Positions 63,665 through 64,000 of a stretch of DNA of 64,000 bases are shown piece by piece. The stretch is from contig CALVJT010000021.1 in the NCBI GenBank assembly GCA_944332315.1, positions 73,568 to 137,567 of the forward strand, given 5' to 3'. This stretch comes from an uncultured Clostridia bacterium (GTDB lineage Bacteria > Bacillota > Clostridia > Christensenellales > UBA1242). How positions within the stretch are numbered: the first letter of the stretch is position 1; every line of letters begins with the position of its first letter. The translations under genes and the position numbers were made by a program. The notes under the pieces were generated by a model, which saw nothing but the letters and a program-made list of their open reading frames with translations, did not search any database and was not told the DNA's origin.

Positions 63665-64000
63665 TTACTCTGCGCTATCTTCTGGCTTAGCATCAGTTTC
63701 TGATGGCGCTACTTCAGCTTCCGCTGATACCTCTTTGTTTTTAGGTGCTGGAGGCATTTGTTTAGGTTTAGGTGCTCTAAAAGGTGCCCTTTCGATAATA
63801 CCTTGTTGAGTAATTAGTTCCTTTGCTGTATCTGTCATTTGTGCACCAACCGATAACCAGTATTTAATTCTTTCCGCATCAATTTTAACCTCTGCTGGGT
63901 CTACCATAGGGTTATAAGTGCCTAAATACTCAATGCACTTGCCATCTCTAGCAACTCTTGAATCTGTTGCCACTAGTCTATAGAACGGAGCTTTTTTAGC
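63665..64000 (-). CDS. rpsP: 30S ribosomal protein S16 (N-terminus outside the window; acidic/Pro-rich C-terminal extension)
   Basis: The reading frame stays open to base 64000 (..[31 protein letters not shown]..). The ORF-track Met at 63973 is internal. Confidence 0.9.
   Translation of the reverse strand, partial: AKKAPFYRLVATDSRVARDGKCIEYLGTYNPMVDPAEVKIDAERIKYWLSVGAQMTDTAKELITQQGIIERAPFRAPKPKQMPPAPKNKEVSAEAEVAPSETDAKPEDSAE

Overview
AT-rich (not computed; by eye about one-third GC or less), gene-dense chromosomal segment of a low-GC Firmicute. Gene order resembles Clostridia and Bacilli: tsaE-tsaB, rpsO-pnp-deacetylase-ftsK-rimO-pgsA-cinA-recA-rny, miaB-mutS-mutL-miaA, rplU-prp-rpmA, yceD-rpmF, minD-minE-spoIVFA/FB-like, and rpsP-khpA-rimM-trmD-rbgA. 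I call about 63 protein genes, almost all housekeeping, including one 56-aa ferredoxin that is missing from the ORF track. I see no rRNA, tRNA, CRISPR array, prophage or transposase, and no obvious accessory island or defence cassette. The main signal that the genes do not explain is a dispersed family of compound palindromes, TA(T/G)AATACAC-N8-GTGTATT(A/C)TA. They occur as tandem units with 31-32 bp phasing at six intergenic loci, plus one degenerate copy. Their core matches the NrdR-box architecture, but no ribonucleotide reductase gene is nearby, and several copies overlap stop codons or abut Shine-Dalgarno sites. Other points worth a second look are listed here.
- At least five genes have a start codon 6-7 nt after a good -10 box, which predicts leaderless mRNAs.
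- A PadR regulator is fused to a C-terminal four-helix membrane anchor and sits divergent to a DUF45/YgjP metallohydrolase.
- The MurF ligase carries a polytopic N-terminal membrane domain.
- A split, overlapping pair of uncharacterised radical-SAM genes (TIGR03960/TIGR03936-like) is present.
- A 600-bp ORF-free AT-rich gap with a 19-bp hairpin lies upstream of a Xer-like recombinase and lexA.
- A ferredoxin-Ppx/GppA-divergent MreB operon lies next to minDE, with no minC or mreCD.
Functional calls come from motif recognition in the translations and from synteny. No database search was run.
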